Shown here: positions 46,202 through 55,786 of the stretch, piece by piece
Layout: each line of letters opens with the position of its first letter
Numbering within the stretch: position 1 is the stretch's first letter
Source: a virus
UHGV virus genome: UHGV-0312576
DNA: 64,000 nt
Direction: 5' to 3' (one strand)
Notes under the pieces: generated by a model
What the model was told of the DNA's origin: nothing
The model's database searches: none
Seen by the model: only the letters and a program-made list of their open reading frames with translations
Position numbers and translations under genes: made by a program

Positions 46202-47869
46202 TTATTTTGTTGATGGTTTTGGCTGCGCATTGCTGCCATTTGCTTTTGTTTGAAGCGTTGATGGGTTGCTGGAGTCCGGATTTTCTGGACGCCCGCCATC
46301 CTTATCATCTTTAGATAAAGTATGACTTGTTAGATGTGGTTTATATTTATCAAATATCTTATTTTCAACCTCTTCGTCAAGTATGTTAAAATAAACATCT
46401 GGATTCACTCCAGTTGCAGCAATAAGGAATGTATATGAGCCGCCAGCTTCCAAATAGAGATTTTTCATCATATCAAAGAACTTCTGCCTATTTACTAATG
46501 ATGTTGGTAAATAGTATACTTCTACCTTATTACGCTTATCCTGAATAATATTTTCATTTATTACATAATTCAATTCATTCTGAAGTTCTTGTATCCATGT
46601 GTATATTTGTGCATTAATAAGCTCCAGATTGTTTTCTTGCGATGAATAGTTGCCTGATCCTGAACCATTAAGGAGAGAACTAGCCATACCCAAATCCAAA
46701 GCAATTTTGTCTGTTAGATTAGCTTCGTTTTTTTCGTCAAAGATATCAGTTGTACCCACATCGAGTGCATCAATTTTTGTGCCAGCTGATACTGTAAAGA
46801 AAGAAGTACCACCACGGTTATTTTTATTTAAAACTGCGCTTTTTACTTTATCATGCTGATCCTGCTGTTGAGTTTTAGTAAGAGCACAACTTCCTTTATC
46901 TTTACCTTCAGGCAATGTTTGATAGATTATTTTGTTATTAAGTTCTCTTAGTACATTCCTTTTTGTATCGACAAATTCATCCTGATACAATATGTCGGCG
47001 ATAGCCGCTATTGCAAGTGGGCGCCCCCAAGGTTCACTTGTCTTGCATTTTATCTTATGTGCGATAGTATGTTTGTTGTCTAACACAATCCAATTGCTGG
47101 ATGATTTATTGCCTTTCTCCCAGGAAGTGTAAGCGTTTCTGATTTCAGTAGGATACTTTTTGAGTTTTCTTTTTTTATCTTCATGAGTAGTACATTGCTC
47201 ATCAAAATATCGTAAATTGAAAGCTAAGACATATCTGCTGTTTTTCCTTCCTACGATTTTACAATAATCATATGGCAGCGGAACCAGTGATGCGTTTAGT
47301 CCTAAATCGCATATCTCTACAATGTTTTCTACATCGTAATCAGTCATGGCCCGTGTAAAATCATTTACTGAATTTGTTGTTTCAAAGTAATAAAAGCAAA
47401 TTCCTTCATTCATATCAGTAAATAAAGCATCTCTGATAAACTGCTTATCATTAATTCGTTCAAGTGTTGATAACATCAAATCCTTATTCTTATTTAATCT
47501 TGATTTACCAAATAGACGTTTTTTCCCATATACAACCCGATCTAAACACGGCATGGATACCATATAGTCAATCGCATTTGTAACAACACCTTCACTGTTA
47601 TATACAAACATTGCCAACTTTCGTGTTATGGCATGATTTGTTATTGGGTCCTTTACGATACTTCTGATTTCTTCTGGAGTAAATGTAGAGTAGATATTGC
47701 AACCGAAAAAAGAATCTAAATCATTAATTGGAACAGTACCAAAATAACTATTGAATTCATAATCTTTACTGGGAATACTGGAAGAATTGTTTTCAGATAT
47801 GTTACTCGAATTTGTATCAGTTTTATTCTTGGGAGGGCGACCCCTCTTGCGTTTTATTTCCTCTGGCAT
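46202..47869 (-). CDS. portal protein
   Basis: 555 aa, sitting between TerL and the scaffold; basic AT-hook-like N-terminus (KRKRGRPPKNK). Confidence 0.5.
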   Translation of the reverse strand: MPEEIKRKRGRPPKNKTDTNSSNISENNSSSIPSKDYEFNSYFGTVPINDLDSFFGCNIYSTFTPEEIRSIVKDPITNHAITRKLAMFVYNSEGVVTNAIDYMVSMPCLDRVVYGKKRLFGKSRLNKNKDLMLSTLERINDKQFIRDALFTDMNEGICFYYFETTNSVNDFTRAMTDYDVENIVEICDLGLNASLVPLPYDYCKIVGRKNSRYVLAFNLRYFDEQCTTHEDKKRKLKKYPTEIRNAYTSWEKGNKSSSNWIVLDNKHTIAHKIKCKTSEPWGRPLAIAAIADILYQDEFVDTKRNVLRELNNKIIYQTLPEGKDKGSCALTKTQQQDQHDKVKSAVLNKNNRGGTSFFTVSAGTKIDALDVGTTDIFDEKNEANLTDKIALDLGMASSLLNGSGSGNYSSQENNLELINAQIYTWIQELQNELNYVINENIIQDKRNKVEVYYLPTSLVNRQKFFDMMKNLYLEAGGSYTFLIAATGVNPDVYFNILDEEVENKIFDKYKPHLTSHTLSKDDKDGGRPENPDSSNPSTLQTKANGSNAQPKPSTK

Positions 47870-47884
47870 GTGTCGCCTCCTTTG

Positions 47885-49693
47885 TTAGTTTATTAAAGTT
47901 GTGTAATCATAATCATTAGAAGAACCAAGTAAATCCAATTCTAACTGATCAATAAAATACGAACCATAAGAAAAACTGGTATATCTATCTTTACGGTTAC
48001 TGCCTTGTTCAAAAATTTTAATAATATTAGTTTGGGGAAGCTTTTCATATTGTAAGTCAGCGCATTCGCTAATCATCGCTTGTGTTTCTAAGAATGGTTT
48101 TTCCAATTCTATCTGAGTGTTCTCATCAAAGGCTTCTATATAATCTCTGTTATTATTTAAAATATCTTCTTTTGCAACATTATAATTGATTAAAAAGTCG
48201 ATGCGATTCTCAACAAGAGCTTTTCTGAAATTAATTGCAATGTCGCTATTAAGTGTTTGCGTTGCATTGATTAGATATATACAAGCTTTGGCATTAGGAT
48301 CCTGGCAAGCATTAGCGTATTTATCATCATTCATACATTTTAGTGGAGGGTATTCAACACCACGCTCTTCGTCGTATAATACCTTTTGCAAAGAAAATAC
48401 TATTTGCCCTCCGCCATTTCTAGCATCAACTACAATATAATCACCATCAAAATCCTCATAAAGCTGTCGAATTCTAATTGCCTGCTTTGTCGTATCACCA
48501 ATTTGATTTGATTCAATATATGGGTATAGTCTGCGATAACCTTTCTTTATTTCTATAACATTATTATCATTTTCGTAAGTGATGGATTCTGGAATGGCAC
48601 GGATACAACTATAAACAGAGTTATCATTTTGACTTCCAGGAACAAAAGCTATATCATTTGATATTACTCTAATTTCATTATCTTGTTTGGTAATAAAGTA
48701 CTTATTTTTTTTATTACTCTTAAAATCAATGGCTGTTCTTGGATAAAATACCTGTTTTAATCTTTGACAATTCATTAACATTGAATATGTGAAATATGAG
48801 GATATAGAATCTTTTACTCTCAAATTTAAAAACTCAATTTTCCATGTCGTAGGATCTTGTTTTTTCTTTTCTCTTATCATGTACTTCATGGTTTTTAAAT
48901 TGTGTTTTAAGGTTATACTTTCATCAAATGCTAAGAATATAGAACCATCTCTTTTTATCATTCCATTAAAAGCCTGATCTACAATTTTCCACATCCAATG
49001 TCCATTATCTAACCAACTTGAACTTATATATATATCTATAGGCTCTTCTTGCAAAACTTTATTTTCGGTATAATAACTATTGAGCATATATTGTGGGTTG
49101 CGTGGCGTTTGGAATGGTGAAATAATAGAGCCATCAACCTTTTCTTTGATTTGTCTAAATTCTTCCCTAGCAGTTGCATTACTTCTAAGTCCGCGGGCGT
49201 TCTCGTTAGCTACAAAAACACTTATTTTAGAACCGTTTTTAAACTTCACATATATGTCGTTGTCACTTGTACTCCAGGTTAATATCTCATTCCTTAGCGG
49301 CTTACTCCATTCACATAACTCATCAATTATCTTTTCTGAAACAATTAATTTTGCTTGCTTTTTTGTGGAACTACCTATTCTAAACTTAGTTCCTGGGTAT
49401 AAAATACATCTGCAACAAGCATATAATGCTACAATAAAAGATTTCGCATCATTTCGACTTGCAACTATACAGATAAAATTTGAAATACCCATTAAATATA
49501 TTGATATTAATTGATACTCATGGAGTTTCAACCTCAAATAATCTAGTACAAATCGATGCATATTTTTACGCCAAAATGTACACCAAGCAATTACATATAA
49601 AACATTCTGTTGATTGCTAAGAAAATGAGTTGAAGGAAATTTTTTGTATAGACTTAATTGGTTTTTATCTGCTGAATCTGAAATCCTATTCAT
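47885..49693 (-). CDS. terminase large subunit
   Basis: 602 aa; Walker A-like IVASRNDAKS; C-terminal acidic nuclease-like segment (YIVVDARNGGGQ); position upstream of the portal. Confidence 0.65.
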   Translation of the reverse strand: MNRISDSADKNQLSLYKKFPSTHFLSNQQNVLYVIAWCTFWRKNMHRFVLDYLRLKLHEYQLISIYLMGISNFICIVASRNDAKSFIVALYACCRCILYPGTKFRIGSSTKKQAKLIVSEKIIDELCEWSKPLRNEILTWSTSDNDIYVKFKNGSKISVFVANENARGLRSNATAREEFRQIKEKVDGSIISPFQTPRNPQYMLNSYYTENKVLQEEPIDIYISSSWLDNGHWMWKIVDQAFNGMIKRDGSIFLAFDESITLKHNLKTMKYMIREKKKQDPTTWKIEFLNLRVKDSISSYFTYSMLMNCQRLKQVFYPRTAIDFKSNKKNKYFITKQDNEIRVISNDIAFVPGSQNDNSVYSCIRAIPESITYENDNNVIEIKKGYRRLYPYIESNQIGDTTKQAIRIRQLYEDFDGDYIVVDARNGGGQIVFSLQKVLYDEERGVEYPPLKCMNDDKYANACQDPNAKACIYLINATQTLNSDIAINFRKALVENRIDFLINYNVAKEDILNNNRDYIEAFDENTQIELEKPFLETQAMISECADLQYEKLPQTNIIKIFEQGSNRKDRYTSFSYGSYFIDQLELDLLGSSNDYDYTTLIN

Positions 49694-50711
49694 CTAAGTC
49701 ACCCAACTCATCATCTATATCTTCATTTTCAATATCAGGAACATAATATTCCTTGTCTCTGGTTGTGCTTCCGGTAATGATATTTTCAATTGGTCTTGTA
49801 ATATGACGATCAATATAATCACCCAACTTGTCCCAATCATCATATAGTTTTTTGTCCATATAGAATTCTTCAGGTGTGAACTGTGAGATGATTCCTAATG
49901 TAACACCAATAGCTTCATCATTACTAGAATCCTTTTCTTCTACAGTTTTTAAACCAGCGTTAGTAAAGGTCTTAGAGTATTGTCCAACCAAACTACTATA
50001 TTCTTTAGAGTCACCAGCTTGCAATGCACGTATCATTAGCATATTTAGACTACAAAGAGATTTAATAAAAATTTCTTGGTTATTGTCAGCGTTAGGATTA
50101 TTCTTTTTAAGCATTCTGTAATGCTCGTCCAAATTTTTATAATCTAATTCAGTAAATCCCACACCCCATCTGTCAACGGCAGAGGCAGTAATTGATAGCT
50201 CTTTGACCTTTACATCATCTTTTGATTGGACAGTTTCGTGTTGCCTGTTTTCATAATCATATTTCATGGAATCAAAATATGTTTTTCTTCCACCAACATT
50301 AAGATTCTTCTTTGCAGCATAATTAGAAATTCTTGATCTATCAGATGATATTTCCCTCGCGCATTTTAATGGCTCAATATCGTAAACCCAGTCCACTTGT
50401 TGACAAAAATGTTCTATAGCGTGTTCTTCATTGTTAGAATAGAAAGCAGTAAGTAATATCATATATTTATCAGTACATTCTTTGCACCATGGAAGAAATC
50501 CGTCATTCGCTTGAAACAATGGACTATTTGACTTCTGAAAATTAGTCTTCTGTTGAGAGTTGAACCCCTTTCCACAACAGTAACATTTATATTTATGCTT
50601 TGTTGGGTCAAACTGCTCAGCTGACCGTGGAATCTTAAATTTTACTGAAGGGTCTATTATTTTGGGTGAGTTCATGGACTCACGTATTAATTCTTCTTTT
50701 GTTTGAGCCAA
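49686..50711 (-). CDS. zinc-finger protein in the terminase small subunit position
   Basis: 341 aa; CYCCGKG...CKEC motif; acidic C-terminus; overlaps the TerL start by 8 nt. Confidence 0.3.
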   Translation of the reverse strand: MAQTKEELIRESMNSPKIIDPSVKFKIPRSAEQFDPTKHKYKCYCCGKGFNSQQKTNFQKSNSPLFQANDGFLPWCKECTDKYMILLTAFYSNNEEHAIEHFCQQVDWVYDIEPLKCAREISSDRSRISNYAAKKNLNVGGRKTYFDSMKYDYENRQHETVQSKDDVKVKELSITASAVDRWGVGFTELDYKNLDEHYRMLKKNNPNADNNQEIFIKSLCSLNMLMIRALQAGDSKEYSSLVGQYSKTFTNAGLKTVEEKDSSNDEAIGVTLGIISQFTPEEFYMDKKLYDDWDKLGDYIDRHITRPIENIITGSTTRDKEYYVPDIENEDIDDELGDLDE

Positions 50712-50774
50712 ATGCTCACCACCTTTCTGATTTATATTAACAAGACACTCGCTATTGGAGCAGCAGTATCATAA

Positions 50775-50850
50775 ACACGCCCCGCAGGATTCGAACCTGC
50801 ATAAACTCGATTAAAAGTCTAGTGCCATACCATTAGGCGACAGACCCATG
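50775..50850 (-). other. tRNA-Lys(UUU)-like element with non-pairing acceptor stem (candidate attP core or tRNA remnant)
   Basis: On the minus strand: D-arm with GG; anticodon stem CUAGA/UCGAG with loop CUUUUAA; perfect T-arm GCAGG-UUCGAAU-CCUGC. The 5' end GGGUCUG cannot pair with the 3' end GGGGCGU. Confidence 0.35.
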
Positions 50851-51026
50851 AAAAATAGGAGAGTAGTAGCCCTCCATAATTACTGGTTCGCACTAACGTA
50901 GCGAGGCACGAACATCCCCACACTTACAATGGCAGTGGTCAGCCTACAATCCGGGATGTCGGTGGGATTGAATTTTCTTAAATGTCTATGAATATTTGTT
51001 ATTCTGTGTTATATTTATGAAAAGAC

Positions 51027-51653
51027 ATGGAGGATGATATGGAAGGAATCTATGAGATTATTAAAGTAATCATTCCTGTAATAATCACAGGATTTGTAAC
51101 TTATTGGGTAACTAAATATAACAGATGTCCCACTGATAAAATAGAAATAGCGTATAATAGAATTTACTACCCTTTATTACAAGTGATAAAAAACTCTGAA
51201 GGGAAAAATTATGAACTAATTCTTGAGGAAACTAAAAAACGACTGCAAAAATATAATAAATATGCCAGCAGAACAACAATAGCAGCATGTAAACTGTTAG
51301 AAGATAATATTGACAGCAAAAATGCAAAAAATTGGTTACGGTTGTTAGAAGATGATATCTACAAATATAACAGTAAGTTTAGAAGAATGTTAGGATATCC
51401 CGAACCAATGTTTATTTTTATGTATAAGTATTTGTCTAACTATAATAAGGCACTGTTTACTTTTTACGTATCGATTAGTATATGTGTTTTAGCAATATAT
51501 GCATACGGAATATTAGAAGCATTTCCTGCCTTTACGAAGGTACTATTATATATCATTATTATAGGATTCATTATATTGTGTATAAGTGTTTATATGATAG
51601 CATATTACAATATTAAATATACATTACAAAAGTTAATAAAACCTAAAAAGTAA
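51027..51653 (+). CDS. membrane protein (moron between the att-like site and int)
   Basis: 208 aa; N-terminal TM helix and 2-3 C-terminal TM helices; opposite strand to almost all other genes. Confidence 0.4.
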   Translation: MEDDMEGIYEIIKVIIPVIITGFVTYWVTKYNRCPTDKIEIAYNRIYYPLLQVIKNSEGKNYELILEETKKRLQKYNKYASRTTIAACKLLEDNIDSKNAKNWLRLLEDDIYKYNSKFRRMLGYPEPMFIFMYKYLSNYNKALFTFYVSISICVLAIYAYGILEAFPAFTKVLLYIIIIGFIILCISVYMIAYYNIKYTLQKLIKPKK

Positions 51654-51722
51654 GGCAAATGATTTTTTGTTAAAGAGGTATAAATTGATCAATATGAGCT
51701 TTAAATGGGGGAATCTAACTGA

Positions 51723-52757
51723 TTAGACAAACGCTTCATCGGACTCATCATCAGCATCATTTTTGATAATGTAGTGATTCTTGGTGGTACTAACATCTTC
51801 ATGGCCCAAAAGCTTTTGAGCAACTTCCGCTGATTTATGTTCATATACAACGAGATTGGTAGCTCTGCTTTCACGGAATAAATGCGGATGGCAACGCCTA
51901 TTTACAATTTCTGTAAACAAACCACTACACCAGTCATTGAAAATACCTTCTCCGACCTGACGCGTATTACCATCCTTTGTTTTAACAACAAACATATAGG
52001 GACAATCATCTTCACCACGGATTTCAAGCCATTTTTTTAACCAGCTCATAGCGTCTTCACCAAATTTAAGCTTTCTAGGCTTACCAACAACAGATTTTCC
52101 TTTGCAACGAATAGTATGAGTTAGATACTGTTTTGAGATGGCTGAAGTCTCCTTGCCATTTTCATCAATAATTTTGATTGCTTTTTCTTTCGCAGGATAA
52201 TCAACAACCTCTTTTAAAAGTTGTCTTGCTTCGGCACGTCGGCAACCTGTACTATAAGAGAATACTAAATAAGCCAGTTTTTGCCACTCTTCACGATGCT
52301 CTAATTCCTGGCATAAATTTAAGTACTCATCAGGAGTAAGAGGTACTTTTTCATGAACGTATCCAGTTTGAACGACTTTTAATCCAACAGTGAAATTTCG
52401 AAACGTAGGGTACTCTTCTTCATACATCATCATTACATAATTACAGAACGTGCTTACACATGATTTTTTAAACCGAATTGCAGAGTCGGATAATCCACGA
52501 TTTGTAAGCCAGTTCAAATATTTCTGAAATTCTTTCTTCTTGATTTGGGTAAAATCCTTATCTTTTAAGTTTTCTTTTACCCAAACAAAAAATACACGTA
52601 ATCCGGAGCGGTAAGCTGGCCGAGTTTTCGCAGAAAGGTCGGCTTGATTATCAAGATAGTCTTGCACCATATCTCTGTTAAATTTGTTGACTGTTTTCCA
52701 TAACTCATCTGTGATTTCTTCTGATCTATCTGCTATTTTTCCATCCAATAATCCCAC
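51723..52757 (-). CDS. int: tyrosine integrase
   Basis: 344 aa. Catalytic motifs: GCRRAEARQL (Arg), HPHLFRESRATNL (His-x-x-Arg), LLGHEDVSTTKNHY (His and Tyr). Confidence 0.8.
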   Translation of the reverse strand: MGLLDGKIADRSEEITDELWKTVNKFNRDMVQDYLDNQADLSAKTRPAYRSGLRVFFVWVKENLKDKDFTQIKKKEFQKYLNWLTNRGLSDSAIRFKKSCVSTFCNYVMMMYEEEYPTFRNFTVGLKVVQTGYVHEKVPLTPDEYLNLCQELEHREEWQKLAYLVFSYSTGCRRAEARQLLKEVVDYPAKEKAIKIIDENGKETSAISKQYLTHTIRCKGKSVVGKPRKLKFGEDAMSWLKKWLEIRGEDDCPYMFVVKTKDGNTRQVGEGIFNDWCSGLFTEIVNRRCHPHLFRESRATNLVVYEHKSAEVAQKLLGHEDVSTTKNHYIIKNDADDESDEAFV

Positions 52758-52984
52758 TTCCTTTCATAATAGAATGATAAAGAGCACCATGAGATTTGAC
52801 CCTCACGGTGCCTATAATATTTACTGAATTTTCTCCAGCAATTCTCGTACTGTAATCTCTTCACCGATAGACACACATTGCGCCAGTCGATAGGAGAGTA
52901 CATCAATCAATATTTCTACCTCATCAGAGGTTAGATCTATGGTCTTAACTACTTCGTCGTACAAATAAATCACCACCAGTCAAG

Positions 52985-53266
52985 TTAACTCAGCTCTTTT
53001 ACGCTTTTAGTAATTTTAAAGCAAATTTCTCTATGTGCAGGTTTTACCCATTCCTTTTTATCTCCGAGAGCTGATACGCCCTTTCGCTCTGGAACATCCT
53101 TAACTTTGAAACTTCCCAGGCCAGGGAGAATAACCTTATCGGCATTATTACTTTCAAGTTTTTCAATAACAACATCTGCATAAGCAGCTAATACCGTTTC
53201 AACATCCTTTGCCTTTAATGTTTCTAATTTTTCAACAATTGCCGCAACAACTTCATTTCTGTTCAT
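52985..53266 (-). CDS. hup: HU-family DNA-binding protein
   Basis: 93 aa. The arm region LPGLGSFKVKDVPERKGVSALGDKKEWVKPA matches the HU/IHF beta-arm pattern (GFGxF...R.GRNP). Confidence 0.7.
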   Translation of the reverse strand: MNRNEVVAAIVEKLETLKAKDVETVLAAYADVVIEKLESNNADKVILPGLGSFKVKDVPERKGVSALGDKKEWVKPAHREICFKITKSVKELS

Positions 53267-53587
53267 GTATTACAAATCTCCTTATATTTTCTGTTTTTGC
53301 AGTAGGAGAGCAGTGGGCTCCCAAACATATTGATCATTTATCTTAATGGTGCTATTATAATAGTCGTGGATTTCTCCACATTCTAGGTCATCAGTTTTTC
53401 CAAAGATGTAGTTTTATTCTAGGAAAGGCAGGTGATGCGCATGTTTAGCCCAAATAAACCTGTGCACGTTAATGCCTACAAACGTTACCGTTTGAATAGA
53501 TGGGAAAAAGTTTGTGAGCATTGGCGTAGTCTTCCTACTCGTTAGGAGATAAAACTTGTTCATCTTGAAGTCAGGATCAAACTCTCA

Positions 53588-53830
53588 TTATTTCTGCATT
53601 TCTTGATGGCTGATGACCTTTTTATTCAGAACTTTAATAATTCCCAATTCAATCATATATTGCGTTTCCGCATCAAGTACAGATTGTATAATTTCTTCGG
53701 ATAGACCAGTTTTATCCATGATATACTGAACAGTCTTTTCAAAATCCATCACTATATTAGTATCCATGTATTCTCCTTTGATATAAATATCCGACCCCAT
53801 AGGCAAAGGACTTCTAAGCCTTACGACCAA
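53588..53830 (-). CDS. hypothetical protein
   Basis: 80-aa ORF. Confidence 0.25.
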   Translation of the reverse strand: MVVRLRSPLPMGSDIYIKGEYMDTNIVMDFEKTVQYIMDKTGLSEEIIQSVLDAETQYMIELGIIKVLNKKVISHQEMQK

Positions 53831-53886
53831 CTCCCATTCAGGAACCCAGCCTTATCCTTCACGAGTCGGATAAATAAAAAATTGCG

Positions 53887-55134
53887 TTAATTCAAAATAA
53901 TCTTATGTGTTTCGTCATGTCCATAAAGTTCATGAAATCCATATATCTTGACAGAAGGTTTACTTCCCTTCATCAATGAATCAGAATAAGGATCGCTTCC
54001 GACGAATGATGGAGCAACAAGTATCTCTGCATCATTACAACAGCCTTCACAGCTTGTAAGTTCTTTTCCAGAGTGATAATGCCCCAAAATTACATAGTCA
54101 GCAAATGAGCGCCTAAGCATTGATAGATCCTTCAATGATGATTCAATATTCTTGATCTGATGTCCATGTATTGCGATGATTTCAAAGCCTAAAATCGGTA
54201 TTTCGATATATTGTTTACCTTCTTCAGCTAAGTAAATATTAATTCTCGTATTATCCCTGCATAAATCCTTGATGTAATTGCCGATAAGGTATTCAAGGTC
54301 TTCATCCATCATCTCATTGGCCTTGCTGCCAAGAACACGTAACTGTGTATGATTTGCCATAGGCGTATGATAATACTCAATAGTTGTGTATGCTGACAAC
54401 GTATTAAGGAACATTGCAAACAACCTGCTAATATCCACAGTCGCTTTAACTATGGTGCTATCATTTATCCGCAAATCGTTAAGGCGGAGGACTCCCTGGA
54501 TCATGTCCCCTAATGAAACAATATGTAATTTGGAAATATGCTTATCCTCAATGAAAGTAATACACTTATTCGTAAGACACTCAAATCGCTCTTTTGCAAT
54601 TTCTGGGGAATATTCATTGTTTTCACTTACAAATTTTGCTCCATAATGTACGTCGGCTATAGATAAAAGGTATTCATGCTCGTAATCATCTGACACATAC
54701 TCTAATAGTGGATTAAATTCAGGTAATGGAAGTGATTCGCACAAACTACCTACATATTCGAAATACATCTGGTGCCGCGATTCGTTCCTATCAACACGGT
54801 TCCGCTCTACATTTGCAGTCTGTAATTTAATGCGCTCTTTACGCATCTCAGAAAGCTTTTTATCTAATTCGTTTTCTTGGGAATATTTTACAGGATTTGA
54901 ATAGATTTTATTTTTCAGATATGCAGTTCTGAATGGTCCACCAAAAATAGTACCACTGGCTTTTCGAACACTATCACTTGAAAGTGGAATATTGTATTTA
55001 TCTTTAATTTCTGACCAGTCTAAATCTTTAACACCATCTGATTTTAAATCAATATCTTCACAGGCTGCTTCGTAAGATTCTGGCGTTAGACCAACCTTTT
55101 TAAGTTCTTCCTCAAAATTAATCAGTATGCCCAC
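53887..55134 (-). CDS. calcineurin-like metallophosphoesterase (SbcD/Mre11-like)
   Basis: Motifs IADVHYG, LGDMIQG, IIAIHGHQ and VILGHYH, spaced as in SbcD/Mre11 phosphoesterases. Confidence 0.6.
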   Translation of the reverse strand: MGILINFEEELKKVGLTPESYEAACEDIDLKSDGVKDLDWSEIKDKYNIPLSSDSVRKASGTIFGGPFRTAYLKNKIYSNPVKYSQENELDKKLSEMRKERIKLQTANVERNRVDRNESRHQMYFEYVGSLCESLPLPEFNPLLEYVSDDYEHEYLLSIADVHYGAKFVSENNEYSPEIAKERFECLTNKCITFIEDKHISKLHIVSLGDMIQGVLRLNDLRINDSTIVKATVDISRLFAMFLNTLSAYTTIEYYHTPMANHTQLRVLGSKANEMMDEDLEYLIGNYIKDLCRDNTRINIYLAEEGKQYIEIPILGFEIIAIHGHQIKNIESSLKDLSMLRRSFADYVILGHYHSGKELTSCEGCCNDAEILVAPSFVGSDPYSDSLMKGSKPSVKIYGFHELYGHDETHKIILN

Positions 55135-55140
55135 CGCCTT

Positions 55141-55413
55141 TTAATCTTCATCAGTTGGAATTACGTCAAGATCTTCGGCGCTCTTTAACTGTACTCCAAA
55201 TTCAATAGGCTGATTTTTGAAAACATTCAGTAAATCAGATACTTTTACATCCTGCTCAATATCATTTTCGTCAGTATAGGTAATAGTGGCTCCATCTTCA
55301 GAGAGAACCCCCTTTACACTCAATTTATCAGTAATACTTCTTTTGAAATTCAACTTTGATTTCATTATTGTCTCCTTATTCATTATTAAGATACTTAGAT
55401 AAAATATTATCAA
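55141..55413 (-). CDS. hypothetical protein
   Basis: 90-aa ORF. Confidence 0.3.
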   Translation of the reverse strand: MIIFYLSILIMNKETIMKSKLNFKRSITDKLSVKGVLSEDGATITYTDENDIEQDVKVSDLLNVFKNQPIEFGVQLKSAEDLDVIPTDED

Positions 55414-55513
55414 TATTATTGAAATTCCAATATTTATTTTGAATTTCTAATCTATATTCATCGTGTGTTTTTCTTCTTGGCATTCACAAACAAAATCATC
55501 CTTTCGTTCTTCT

Positions 55514-55771
55514 CTATTTACGAAATCCTATTTTATGTTTGCAATCCTCAAAATCGTCATAAGTCTCATTGGGAACTTCAAATCCTATACAACTAGTATT
55601 TATTGGCTCATTTTCGTTCTGCAAATCCTGCAATTCAGAATTTATTTTAATTACATGACAACTCAAGAGCCCTTTTGGAATTTCCAGTGCTACTTGGATA
55701 ATCTCAGTCAATGATTCCAATATTGGGATAGCACAAATGACTGTTAGAATTCCTAAAATGTATTTTTTCAT
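55514..55771 (-). CDS. small secreted protein
   Basis: 85 aa; signal-peptide-like N-terminus (MKKYILGILTVICAIPILES); Cys-containing. Confidence 0.3.
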   Translation of the reverse strand: MKKYILGILTVICAIPILESLTEIIQVALEIPKGLLSCHVIKINSELQDLQNENEPINTSCIGFEVPNETYDDFEDCKHKIGFRK

Positions 55772-55786
55772 AGATTTTCCTTTTCT

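Noticed and set aside
50775-50850. A complete functional tRNA-Lys next to int
   Set aside because: The T-arm and anticodon arm are fine, but the 5' and 3' acceptor strands cannot base-pair. It is reported as a tRNA-like fragment or att core instead.
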